Assembly: GCF_006345805.1 (NCBI RefSeq)
Contig: NC_043003.1
Coordinates: 73,966,001-74,030,000 of the forward strand
Direction of reading: 5' to 3'
DNA: 64,000 nt
Origin: Octopus sinensis
Lineage: Eukaryota
The notes under the pieces are model-generated. The model was not told where the DNA came from and made no database searches. It saw nothing but the letters and a program-made list of their open reading frames with translations. The position numbers were made by a program, and so were the translations under genes. Shown in pieces: positions 53,597 through 64,000 of the stretch (the stretch's first letter is position 1; each line of letters begins with the position of its first letter).

Positions 53597-53933
53597 GGTC
53601 TGGGCGACATTGGGTCGACTGTCCACAGCTACCGGCCCACAGTCGACGCTATGGCGACCAGAGCTCGCTCTGGGCGACATTGGGCCGACTGTCCACAGCT
53701 ACCGGCCCACAGTCGACGCTATGCCGACCAGAGCTCGCTCTGGGCGACATTGGGTCGACTGTCCACAGCTGCCGGCCCACAGTCGACGCTATGGCGACCA
53801 GAGCTCGCTCTGGGCGACATTGGGTCGACTGTCCACAGCTACCGGCCCACAGTCGACGCTATGGCGACCAGAGCTCGCTCTGGGCGACATTGGGTCGACT
53901 GTGCACAGCTACCGGCCCACAGTCGACGCTATG
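53593..53933. repeat. GC-rich 70-bp minisatellite, ~4.9 copies, plus a diverged solo unit at 53371-53445
   Basis: AGTCGACGCT recurs at 53641, 53711, 53781, 53851 and 53921. Each unit holds a 9-bp inverted repeat GTCGACTGT/ACAGTCGAC. Confidence 0.97.
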
Positions 53934-54678
53934 ACATTGGTCTCACTAATACAAACGGGTTGGGTTGGGTTGGGTTCTGAAGGAGAGGAAAGTAAGAATT
54001 TTAATTATATATAGAGAACTATATCACGAAGGCAGCATAAAAAAACAACCCTTCCTCAGTTGTTGGTAGTTTTACCTACTCCACATTGCAACAAGATGCG
54101 TCTATGTCAAAGCAATTGCTCCCCCAAAGCAAATTAAATAAAATTTGAGATACGTGGAACGTCAAAGCTGCTAACAAGCACAGGACAGTGAAAACATTCG
54201 GTAAGGTCTGTTTAACCCTAACGAGGTGAAGTGGTGAATGCTGGAGAAAGAAAGCTTTGTCAATAGACAGACAAGAATGCATGAACGAGAAAAAAAGAAT
54301 TACATTTAGAAATAAATCTATAACTATTGGGGACAGAATTTCTGTTAGAAATAGAGAACTATAAATATTGAATTATGCATAAAGTGCTGACTTACATTCG
54401 GGGCTTCCAATTTCTCTGTAAAATATAAGATAAACGCAAAACCATTGCACATGTCACCATCGATTACAAACACCGGTGGAAGATAAAAGTTCCAGATGAC
54501 TTTCTTGTTCTGTCGTTCGTACAAGGATCGTCTTATGTTTCGGCTTAAAATAAATTATAGATAGAAATGTATAAAAACCAGAATAGAAGATAAACGTCTT
54601 AGGCATATAAAATGAGATAATATGAGATATCAAGGTGTTATAAACTTGAAACCCACTAGAATATCATATATTATATAT

Positions 54679-57262
54679 ATCAAGTCATCCAGTCAGTTCT
54701 GTCCAATCTTACCTTTTTTTTTAGATTTGAATGAAATTTAATAGTATTTGCAAATGTCTAATTCAATTAAAATTATTTTTTATGCATTTGTGTAAGTTTA
54801 AACTAATTAAACATTCTTTTGCAAAATAATAGACGGTGTCCACAAAGTCTGCGTACATGGGGATTAACACATACTTTTAAAACAAAACAATTTTATTTAT
54901 TTATAATGTTAATAAATAATATTTTCAAAGTGATTTCCATCATTTCCAATGCATAACTTGATGCGCCTTGCAACATTCAGGTGAATTTGATTAAATAAGT
55001 CTACATTGCCATCAATTTCAGCACACAGACTGGCAATGTCGTCTCTCATATGTTTTAAATCTGTAATCTTTATTGAGTAAACTTTCTCTTTCAACATACC
55101 CCAGAATAAGAAATCAAGGGGAGAAAGGTCTGGTGAATGAGGGGACCATTCCATATGACCCCTTCTTCCAATCTAGTGAGGAAAAGTGTAATTAAGCCAA
55201 TCTCTAACAGTTGTGGCAAAATGGGTAGGGGCCCCATCCTGCTGAAACCAATTCGGAAGGCCCTCGCCTAGGCGCTCACTTTAAGATATTAATTTGTCTC
55301 TCAATATATTTGCATAAGTCTCATCCGTTACACATTCAATGAAGAAGGGTCCTAGAACATGAGCTTTCCAAATACCACACCACACCACACCATCACCTTT
55401 TTGCTGCCTTGCTGTTTGGATAGATCCATCCAATGTGGATTACCTCGAGACCAGTATAGAAGATTCTGTCTGTCGACCTCACCATTTACATAAAACGTAG
55501 CTTTGTCACTGAAGAACACAAAGTTTTTCGTAAAATTGATATTTTCATCCAATTTATCTGAAAACCATTCGCACTTCTACATTCGTCTATCAGGATCGCC
55601 TTCATTTAAGTGATGCAATATCTGTAGGTTGTATCAATGAAACTTTTCCTCAACCAGCATTTTGTGGATGGTTGGTTTTGGAACACCTAACACCGTGGAC
55701 GTCTGACGAAGTGATTTCTTTGGTCTAGCAGAAGCTTTAGCCTCGACAGCCTCTTTAGTTTCATCTGAAGTCTTTAGTCGCCCGAAACTTAGTTTATCCA
55801 AAACACTGCCCGTTTCTCTAAATTTTTTGATCAATTTCCTGACGGCAGTAAAATAAATAGGTTGTCTACAAGGGTGTCGAAGATTAAATTCTTCCGCAAT
55901 TTTGCGATAAAACCATCCCTTTCGTCCACTTAATAATACTAACTCGATTCTTTCTTTATAGACAGATTCATCATTCGATCTAGTATTCTTTCTTTAGACA
56001 CAGCCATCATTCGATCATCTGTTGAAAAAATAACAAATAAATTTAGAAAAGTAACGTAATTTTCTTCATTTAATTTAAACAAAAGTAAAAAAGGAAAATT
56101 ATTATTTCTTATATTTATTTGTTTATGTTATGATTTTATTCCATAAACCCGTACTTCGTGGACACCCTAAAATTGCTTTGATTAAAACCCTTTCAACATG
56201 GAAGTATCCAAGGAGCATTTAAGGCAAATATAATTCTTTATGAGTACAATAAAGGTAACTCTGCAGCCGAAGTGACTCGAAACATACACTCAGTTTATGG
56301 GAAAGTCCTCGAATAAAAGAACTTGCAGGAGATCGTTTGCAAAATTGAAGATGAATATCGAACAGGACATCCAGTTGAGTTTGATGATAAGCTCCTTGAG
56401 GCATTACTTGAAGAAAATCCGTCATTATCAGTTGACTAATTGGCAATAGAGCTTAGTTCAAACCATACAACAGTTCATCGTCATCTTCAACAACGTGGAA
56501 AGATTCCTAAACTTGGAAACTAGGTGCTTTATGTATTGTCCGAAAGCAACCGCAAATCCCGAGTTGGCATCTGTTCTCTGCATTCTCGCAACCTCATTTC
56601 ACCCTTTTTCGATAGATTTGTGATGAAAAATAGATTTCTGTCAAAATGTTAAACGCCGTAAACAGTGGATTGGTAAAAGGGAAAATGCTCAACCACAACC
56701 AAGAAGGGAACTTCATGGGAAAAAGGTTCTTCTCTTTATCTGGTGCGATTACAAAGGTGTAATTCACTTTATATTGTTACCACCTAATGCAACAATCAAT
56801 GCTCAAGTCTACTAGAGCGTTTGAACCAAGGTTTGAAGAAAAACAGAGCCGCTTTAGTGAGTTGAAAACGAGGGACGTTTCATCAGGAGAGAGCGCAACC
56901 CCACACTGCAAAGATCACATCACAGAAGATCGAAGAGGTCGATTGGGGAAAATTTCTGCACCCACCTTATTCTCCCGACCTTACTTCTTCAGACTACCAT
57001 TTGTTTCATAGTTTACAGAATTATTAGGGGAACACAACTTTCGCAAGCCAGGAGGAGGTCGAACTTGACATTTCAGAGTTCTTCGCTTTGAAACCAAAAG
57101 AGTTTTACATTGACGGGATTGAAAAGCTTGTAAATAGATTGAAGTAAGTCATAGATAATCAGGGAAAGTACATTCATGATTAACTTTCAATTAAATACAA
57201 CATCTGATTACTTGTATTCTTTATCCAAAATTCTGACAGAACTTATGGGATGACACGAGATA
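54679..57262 (+). mobile_element. Decayed mariner (DD34D-type), interrupted in its 5' UTR by a second transposon
   Basis: Left TIR-like CAAGTCATCCAGTCAGTTCTGTCC (54681); right CTGACAGAACTTATGGGATGACAC (57233). Coding part 56189-57183: MEVSKEHLR..KKVLLFIWCDYKGVIHF..HPPYSPDLTSSDYHLF, with many stops. Confidence 0.85.
54832..56168 (-). mobile_element. Near full-length Tc1/mariner element, rosa (DD41D)-like transposase pseudogene
   Basis: TIRs GGTGTCCAC.AAGT at both ends, TA flanks. KFRETGSV..FSDKATF..KVMVWCG..FQQDGAPTH..IGRRG..WSPHSPDLSPLDFLFWGMLKEKVY; 40 residues counted between the last two D in this decayed copy. Confidence 0.85.
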
Positions 57263-58059
57263 TATATACTGGCGAAAATATATTTAAGACAGACGATAAA
57301 AGTTCTATTTCTTACAAAATATGTTGTTACTAACACCATACAAATTATTTCTATTTTTTACACCTTGTGCAAAATCTATTTCTTTTTCGAATGATGTAGA
57401 CAATAAATATTTTTATGCAACTTGAAGAATTCTAATTAATATAAACTTTGCAAATTTACCGGGAAATTAGTTTAAGACCATGTAATATGTATGCATTTTA
57501 TTGGCCAAAATGGGTGGTCACACAACGAGCCTAAATGCACCATACAAAGTTATAATTTAATGTTATTATACAATTTAATAATAAGTGGAAAACAACGTAT
57601 CCTTAGTCCAATCACGAGAGCAAAAATCGTATATTACAGCAAAAATTTTTCTTTTCGAACATCAGCAAGCAACTAAACTGCAGTAAACCGACTTGCGTGC
57701 ATGCGTGGAAGTTATACTCGGAGACTGGTCAATATTAAGATCGGCAAAGGACTAGTAACAGAATATTTTGTAAGAAATAGAACTTTTATCATCGGTCATA
57801 CATTTATTTTCGCCAGTGTGTATATTATATATATATGCAGTGGCGGGAAATAAATATTCGTACATGTCAAACTTTTTTTAATTTATTTAATTTCTAATGA
57901 ACATAAATGGGATATATCAATACTATATTTGTATACAGATGCATAACCTAAGAATATGGAAAAGAAACTAATAAATTATAGTAACTAAGGAATTTATATA
58001 TAATCATAAATATATATGTATATATGTAGTTGTATATGTATAGATATATATATATGTAA

Positions 58060-58100
<41 letters not shown>

Positions 58101-58202
58101 TGTACATGTAATATGTGCTGATATATATATATATGGATACATATATACACCCATACACACATGCACGCACGCCAATCCCCCACACAGACACACATACATA
58201 AG

Positions 58203-58520
58203 TGCAGGTGCAGCTGTGTGGTAACAAACTTGGTTCCAAAACATGTGGTTCTCAGTTCAGTCCCACTGTGTGGTAACTTGGCATGTGTCTTCTGCTAAAG
58301 CCTTAGACCAACCAAAGCCTTGTCAGTGGATTTTGTAGACAGAAACTGAAAGAAATCAATTGTATGTATATATGTAAGTCTATGTGTGTGTCTCTGTGTT
58401 TCTCCCTCATCACTGCTTCACAACTGGTGTTTGTTTATTTACATCCCCATAACTTAATGGTTTCACAAGAAGAAACTGATGGAATAAGTACCGGGCCTAT
58501 CAAAATATAAAAAAAGCACT
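58203..58520 (+). mobile_element. Old, decayed SINE family S1 copy
   Basis: GCTGTGTGGTAA..AGTTCAGTCCCACTG..AAAGCCTTG..GAAACTGAAAGAA. Confidence 0.75.
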
Positions 58521-58653
58521 ACGCAGTGTCTCATATTTTTGTTTGCCCACTCACTTGTATCTATCAATGTATCTTTCTGTGTGTGTGTGTGTGTGTACAC
58601 ACATACACACACGCACGCACACGCACGCACACACACACGCACGCACGCACACA

Positions 58654-58698
<45 letters not shown>

Positions 58699-58774
58699 TT
58701 ATATGGATTTTGTAGATAGGAACTGAAACAAATCAATCGTATATATATGTATGTATATATGTAAGTGTATGTGT

Positions 58775-59552
58775 TTTGGTATTGGCAACATGGATGGTAA
58801 TGGTCAGAAACTACTTTCTGAATTCTGTTCAACTGACCCGTAGTTACCACAGCACGGATTGTGACCCAGATCATTCACTAACAAGAAACAGGGTGAGAAT
58901 TCTGCCTAAAATAGTCCATCACTCCAAGAAAATGGGTCAAATACGCATTAACACTGCCAGAACCTCGGACCCTACACTGCTGTTCCTATCAAGGTTGCCC
59001 TCAGTAGCCGCCCAACCACCTCTGCTGAAAGTAGGTGGAATTATATCAGGGAAGCTTTGTATACCACATCAATTGATACTTTCGGCATGAGAGAAAGGCA
59101 AAACCCAGATTTTGTTCAGTGCTGGGCTCTCAGACCTGGGAACAATTATCGAAGCAAAGCGTGCAGCTCCGATGCAATACAAGAGCGATTCTTCTACAAA
59201 GTCACTCGAAGAACTCAGAAAGGCAAGAAATGATACCCAACTGACTGCCAGACGCTGTGCAAATAGGTATTGGCGGGAAATCTGTCAGAGTATCCAGTCC
59301 GCTGCTGACAGTAGCGACACCCGTGGGATGTATGCCGGTTTCAAGAAGGACGTCACGCCATCCGCAACCAAGTCAGCCCCTCCGAAATCAACTACTGGGG
59401 ATCTCCTCAAGGACCAAAGCAAGCAAATGGATAGACGGATGGAGTACTACCAGGATCTGTACTCACGAGAGACCCCGGTAGCAGAGGCTGCAATCGAGGG
59501 TGTCAAGATCTTGCCAGTCATGTGTGAACTTGACAGTCTGCTATCTAGTGAG
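58775..59552 (+). mobile_element. RTE-like LINE fragment (endonuclease end plus linker)
   Basis: GIGNMDGNGQKLL; DCDPDHSL..HHSKKMGQIRINTART; ARNDTQLTARRCANRYW..IQSAADSSDTRGMY..KQMDRRMEYYQDLYSRE. Confidence 0.8.
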
Positions 59553-59565
59553 ACCTTTCTAGGAA

Positions 59566-59610
59566 TGTATCTGAAGAGACCCAAACTAACGGATCGAAAC
59601 CCGTGGTGAA
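59566..59610 (+). ncRNA. Decayed hammerhead skeleton
   Basis: CTGAAGA GACCC AAACTAAC GGATC GAAAC CC GTG. Both core boxes and a 4/5 stem II are present, but the triplet is GUG and there is no stem I. Confidence 0.35.
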
Positions 59611-59799
59611 CGTAATAAAAGTGTAATACGAAATCCATTTCTTACTATCAATTAATACCCTTAACCTAACCGCCACTGCAAATTCACTGAAGTAAATGAT
59701 ACGGATGACAACAGGTAGCCTAAACTCTGCCGGTGATATATTCAACATTGAAACACGCTAATCCAATTATAGCTATTTGTCTATGTATGTATGTATCTC

Positions 59800-60158
59800 T
59801 TTAGAGTGCTACTGGTAACAGGTAACCCAGTACAACCTGTTGCGTGGTCCGGTCGTCGGCGACTAAAACGGCAACCCGACCAAGCTTGCTTAGTGAGGAG
59901 GGTGTTTATAGGACACCCTGCGGGATGAGAAACAAAACCCGTCAAGGGGCCGAGGAACTCTTGAGAGTCAACTGAATACACGATTGCGCGGTTAAACCAT
60001 TGTGAGTGAAGGACTTTGTTAGGGCATCATTCTAGGAGAAGGTAACTCAGGTAACTGGGATAACTCTGACATAAAACCTGCGGCTCAGTGGTTGCCGATA
60101 ATAACATTGATTAAGCTTCGTGCAATGGCCATACTCGATAACGAGGGGGCAGCCACCA
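59800..60158 (+). mobile_element. Interspersed repeat resembling an RTE 5' UTR
   Basis: GC-elevated block with CTAGGAGAAGGTAACTC..AAACCTGCGG. The assignment is inference. Confidence 0.35.
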
Positions 60159-60230
60159 TGTATGTATGTATGTATGTATGTATGTATGTATGTATGTATG
60201 TATGTATGTATGTATGTATGTATGTATATA

Positions 60231-60288
<58 letters not shown>

Positions 60289-60289
60289 A

Positions 60290-60320
<31 letters not shown>

Positions 60321-60322
60321 TT
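60159..60322. repeat. (TATG)n(TA)n(GA)n microsatellite
   Basis: Seen directly. Confidence 0.97.
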
Positions 60323-60850
60323 AGAAGGATGAAATAAATGGATGTTTTGTGTCTGTAACAACTTTTATGTAGAACACAGTTATATCATATAACTTGTCAT
60401 ATAGCATTATGCATCATCGTGTAACGTTACAGAATTTTCCGTTTTCGTCACATCTTCGGGTAATGCACCGATGATATGCCACATAGAATTTAGAAAGAAA
60501 TTGCAAACCAAGTCAGGATTAATGATATATATAGAATGCTACATTTGAGGAATTTAAGAAGGATGGGAGGGAATACATAAGTCAGCATACAATGACATCT
60601 ATTGTTTTGATACTCAAAAAGGAGTGATGGAAGTTTTAGATTCTCGTGCAGTAGTCATTAATCTCAATGGCGGACAAGGGTTAAACACAGTATTTATCAC
60701 AGGGTATCAATACAAGTAGCTTGTGGTAATTCAATCTAACCCGAGCAAAAGATTGATGATAATGAAGATATAGCAAGTGAGCTGTTTCAATGATAACCTA
60801 AAGGATAGTGCTTCAATATATTAGAGCGTGTAATACAACAGTCTGCAGTG

Positions 60851-60903
<53 letters not shown>

Positions 60904-60940
60904 GTATATATATATATATATATATATAATTGTACAAGCC

Positions 60941-61222
60941 GAAAAATTTGGAGCCAACAAAAAAGAGTACGGTTGGATTTTTATTTTCAATAACTGAAAG
61001 GTGCTACGACACGCCTTGATAAACTCAGTGACTACTTTTAAGTTCATACCACGACAGACAGAAGCCGAGAATTTCAACTTACGGAGACAATATTTGCATA
61101 TCACCTGAGGAAGCACAACTAGAATTGATAATGTAGGGGAAACGGTTGCACGATAAATTACCTGCACGCATAGAGAAGTAAATGTCCAACCGTACTCTTT
61201 TTTATTGGCTCCAAAGATTTTC
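60941..61222. mobile_element. ~280-bp MITE with ~35-bp TIRs
   Basis: TTGGAGCCAACAAAAAAGAGTACGGTTGGA / TCCAACCGTACTCTTTTTTATTGGCTCCAA. Confidence 0.75.
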
Positions 61223-61617
61223 AATTATCTATTGACACAAGACAGAAGCCCAAACGCAGGCCTGGAAGTACCTATGGATAACAGTGGGGGAAATCTGAAG
61301 ATGGACGATTTTATACTATAATCTAAATACGTCAATAGAACACACGTGCACGCACGCTCGCACGCACACACACACACACACACATATATAGAAGCTCCTC
61401 TTTTATTATCCCGGCTATAGATCATAATTCGTATTCCTGGGATTATTACAGTCAAGACTGTAGTATTGATGGATATGGGTGGATCATATTCATGTATTCG
61501 TTTCTTCAGGCGTTATGGCATTAAGTTTGAAAGCACTAAATGCATAAGTAAAGATTTTTTAATCAATTTTGTATGTAGGTAGTTCTAGCTGTATTTAGTG
61601 CGTAGGAGTAGAAGGTG

Positions 61618-61651
<34 letters not shown>

Positions 61652-61995
61652 GAACGGTAATTATAAAAGATGGGGATGTGTGTGTAGTGATTTTATACTC
61701 ATTTTGATATTTGAGTATGCAGATTTCAGGATGGCTAGTGTATGTTCATCAGCGTAATTTTAGTTACAATAGGTGACTCCTTAATGAATTCAGATGTAGT
61801 AGGGTCAGTTAGCACAACTATTCTCTTGTTCATCATTTACATTATTTATATTTGTCCTCATCCTGTTTGTTGTTAACACACATGCCCACGAGCATATGGC
61901 GTAGTGGTTGAGAGCACGGGCTACGAACCCCAAGACTCTTACTTTGATTCCGAGCAGTGACCTGAACAATAATAATAATAATAATAATAATAGTA

Positions 61996-62033
<38 letters not shown>

Positions 62034-62071
62034 TAATAATAATAATAATAATATAATAATAATAATAATAA

Positions 62072-62627
62072 ATGCCCTGATGCAGTACCAGGCAGTGGCT
62101 CTCATGGCTTCTGATCTTAACTGATTCGAAGTGTTATCATGTACATTGTTTTGTCTTGGTATAAAAGATGGGCTACAGCAAATATTATGCTCAATACCAC
62201 AGATTTGCTTGTCAGTTGTTTGACCTTAACCAGTTGAGCATGCCCCTTAGTGGCTGACGATATGTGCATCTCTGATCACGAGCAGAAGTAGTGGGGGAGC
62301 ATCATAGCCATGTGTTGAGAAGGATTCTTTGGGGTTTGAATAATTCACCTCTGGAAACATAGGTGTTTCGTTCAACGTCCTTAAACAACCCTTATTCAGG
62401 GACCTTTTGAGCGGGATGGGCTACTCGATCTGAAGAAAATTCTAACTGGGCTCCACCTGCAAGGTCATGTGCTGTTGATCTTGATATGAGATCACCATGT
62501 CGCGCACTTATGGTTGTGATGCATGTGCCTGGTGTACCCTTATCAGACGGGTAGTCATGATGGGTATACTGGGCTTCGTATATTTTACCCCAGTGTCACT
62601 TTGATGGCATGCTCTGCTCGCTCACTC
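62072..62627. mobile_element. ~555-bp interspersed repeat, copy 1, inserted in (AAT)n
   Basis: Homologous over its full length to 62868-63422, with many substitutions; both ends abut AAT repeats; no ORF recognised. Confidence 0.8.
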
Positions 62628-62703
<76 letters not shown>

Positions 62704-62718
62704 GTAATAGCAGTAGTA

Positions 62719-62777
<59 letters not shown>

Positions 62778-62793
62778 TAATAATAATAATAAT

Positions 62794-62867
<74 letters not shown>

Positions 62868-62869
<2 letters not shown>

Positions 62870-63422
62870 GCCTTCATGCAGTACCACGCAGTGGCTCTCA
62901 TGGCTGCTGATCTTAACTGATTGGAAGTGTTATCAAGTACATTGTTTTGTCTTGGTACAAAAGATGGGCTACAACAAATATTCTGCTTAATACCTCAGAT
63001 TTGCTTGTCAGTCATTTGCCCTTAACCAATTGAGCATGTCCCTTAGTGGCAGACGATATGTGAATTTCTGACCTCGAGCCGAAGTAGTTGGGGAACATCA
63101 TAGCCATGTGTTGAGAGAGATTCTTTGTGGTTTGAAAATTCACCTCTGGAAGCATGGGTGTTTTTTTCAACATCCTTAAACAACCCTTATTCAGGGACCT
63201 TTTGAGCAGGATGGCTCACTCAACCAGAAAAAAGTTCTAACTGGGCTCCATCTGCAGGGTCATGCGCTGTTTAACTTGATATGAGATCACCATGTCGTGC
63301 ACATATTGTTGTGATGCATGTGCCTAGTGTACCCTTATCAGACAGGTGGTCATGATGGGTATACTGGGCTTCGTATATCTTACCCCAGTGTCACTTTGAC
63401 GGCATGCACTGTTCTCTCACTT
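62868..63422. mobile_element. ~555-bp interspersed repeat, copy 2, inserted in (AAT)n
   Basis: As copy 1. Confidence 0.8.
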
Positions 63423-63424
63423 AA

Positions 63425-63504
<80 letters not shown>

Positions 63505-63551
63505 TCAAAAAATACCTTCTGAATAAGAACCCATGTTCGAAATTTCCTCAA

Positions 63552-63597
63552 GACACCTGATGAAGGCTGGAGGGTATATCGGCCGAAACGTTGTGTT
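63552..63597 (+). ncRNA. Minimal type I hammerhead ribozyme
   Basis: G ACAC CTGATGA A GGCTG GAGGGTATAT CGGCC GAAAC GTT / GTGT T. Stem I ACAC/GTGT, 5-bp stem II with G10.1-C11.1, loopless palindromic stem III ACGT, triplet GUU, predicted cut after 63592. Confidence 0.85.
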
Positions 63598-64000
63598 AAC
63601 AACAAACAAGATGAGGACAAATATCCGTAAATAATGTAAATAAAGTACATAACTCCTCATCTCTTAAATATAGAACTGTTTTCCATGTTCATTGTTCGGG
63701 CTGACAAATTTTATTTTCTCAAAATATCATTTTAATTACTTTTGGTGGTACAATAGTATAGCATATACTATACTAAAATAATATTTATTTTGTTTAGTTG
63801 CTTATATTTTCTTCTATTGTTCCATTATATGCTAAAGACGGTTGATGTTTTTTACTGTTTCAAAATGTCGTTTGCGAATTCTAGGAATGGTTCCCGGTTT
63901 TTATGTTTACATGATATTATTTCGGAATATATATCAATTATGTTTTCTCTTGATCTAATGATCACTATGGTCTCATCTAGGCATAAACTACACACACACA

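Larger units (their letters stand above)
61836..63679 (+). mobile_element. Composite element: inverted tail fragment, tRNA-like head, (AAT)n carrying two nested repeats, hammerhead-containing tail
   Basis: Seen: 61836-61880 is the reverse complement of 63592-63640 (1 mismatch, one 4-nt gap); A box TGGCGTAGTGG (61897-61907); degenerate B box CTTTGATTCC (61942-61951); HHR at 63552-63597. Treating head and tail as one element is inference. Confidence 0.6.

Noticed and set aside
53593-53933. CRISPR-like regular repeat; three long overlapping ORFs
   Set aside because: The units are contiguous with no unique spacers and there are no cas genes; the ORFs are a by-product of the stop-poor GC-rich unit.
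61100-61155. CTGAGGA..GAAACGGTT inside a MITE
   Set aside because: No stem II or stem I pairing.
1886-61966. tRNA-like sequences at SINE heads
   Set aside because: They do not fold into complete cloverleaves and continue into SINE bodies, so they are not called as tRNA genes.

Overview
AT-rich, repeat-saturated animal genomic DNA. The SINE families, the heavy microsatellite load and the LINE types suggest a coleoid cephalopod, probably Octopus (inference, no database search done). I found no intact protein-coding gene, rRNA, bona fide tRNA gene or CRISPR array. Most ORF-track entries are microsatellite artefacts or decayed transposon pieces. Content: tRNA-derived SINEs of at least three families; decayed LINEs (R4/Dong-like, CR1/L2-like, RTE-like); one decayed Penelope-like element (PLE) with RT and GIY-YIG remnants; Tc1/mariner elements (DD37D maT-like, and a rosa-like copy nested in a DD34D mariner); several MITEs; Helitron-like non-autonomous pieces; and a possible GPCR pseudogene. 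The most striking unannotated signal is a set of minimal type I hammerhead ribozyme (HHR) motifs with palindromic stem III. They occur in three unrelated sequence contexts: a ~540-nt unit arranged as one inverted plus ~2.2 tandem copies (24.2-25.9 kb, three HHRs, retrozyme-like); an HHR near the centre of a 1.7-kb palindrome (22.4 kb); and an HHR in a tRNA-headed element whose inverted terminal fragment starts at the predicted cleavage site (61.8-63.7 kb). Three further decayed HHR skeletons are visible. The window also has repeated fold-back/template-switch rearrangements, which could be biological or long-read assembly artefacts.
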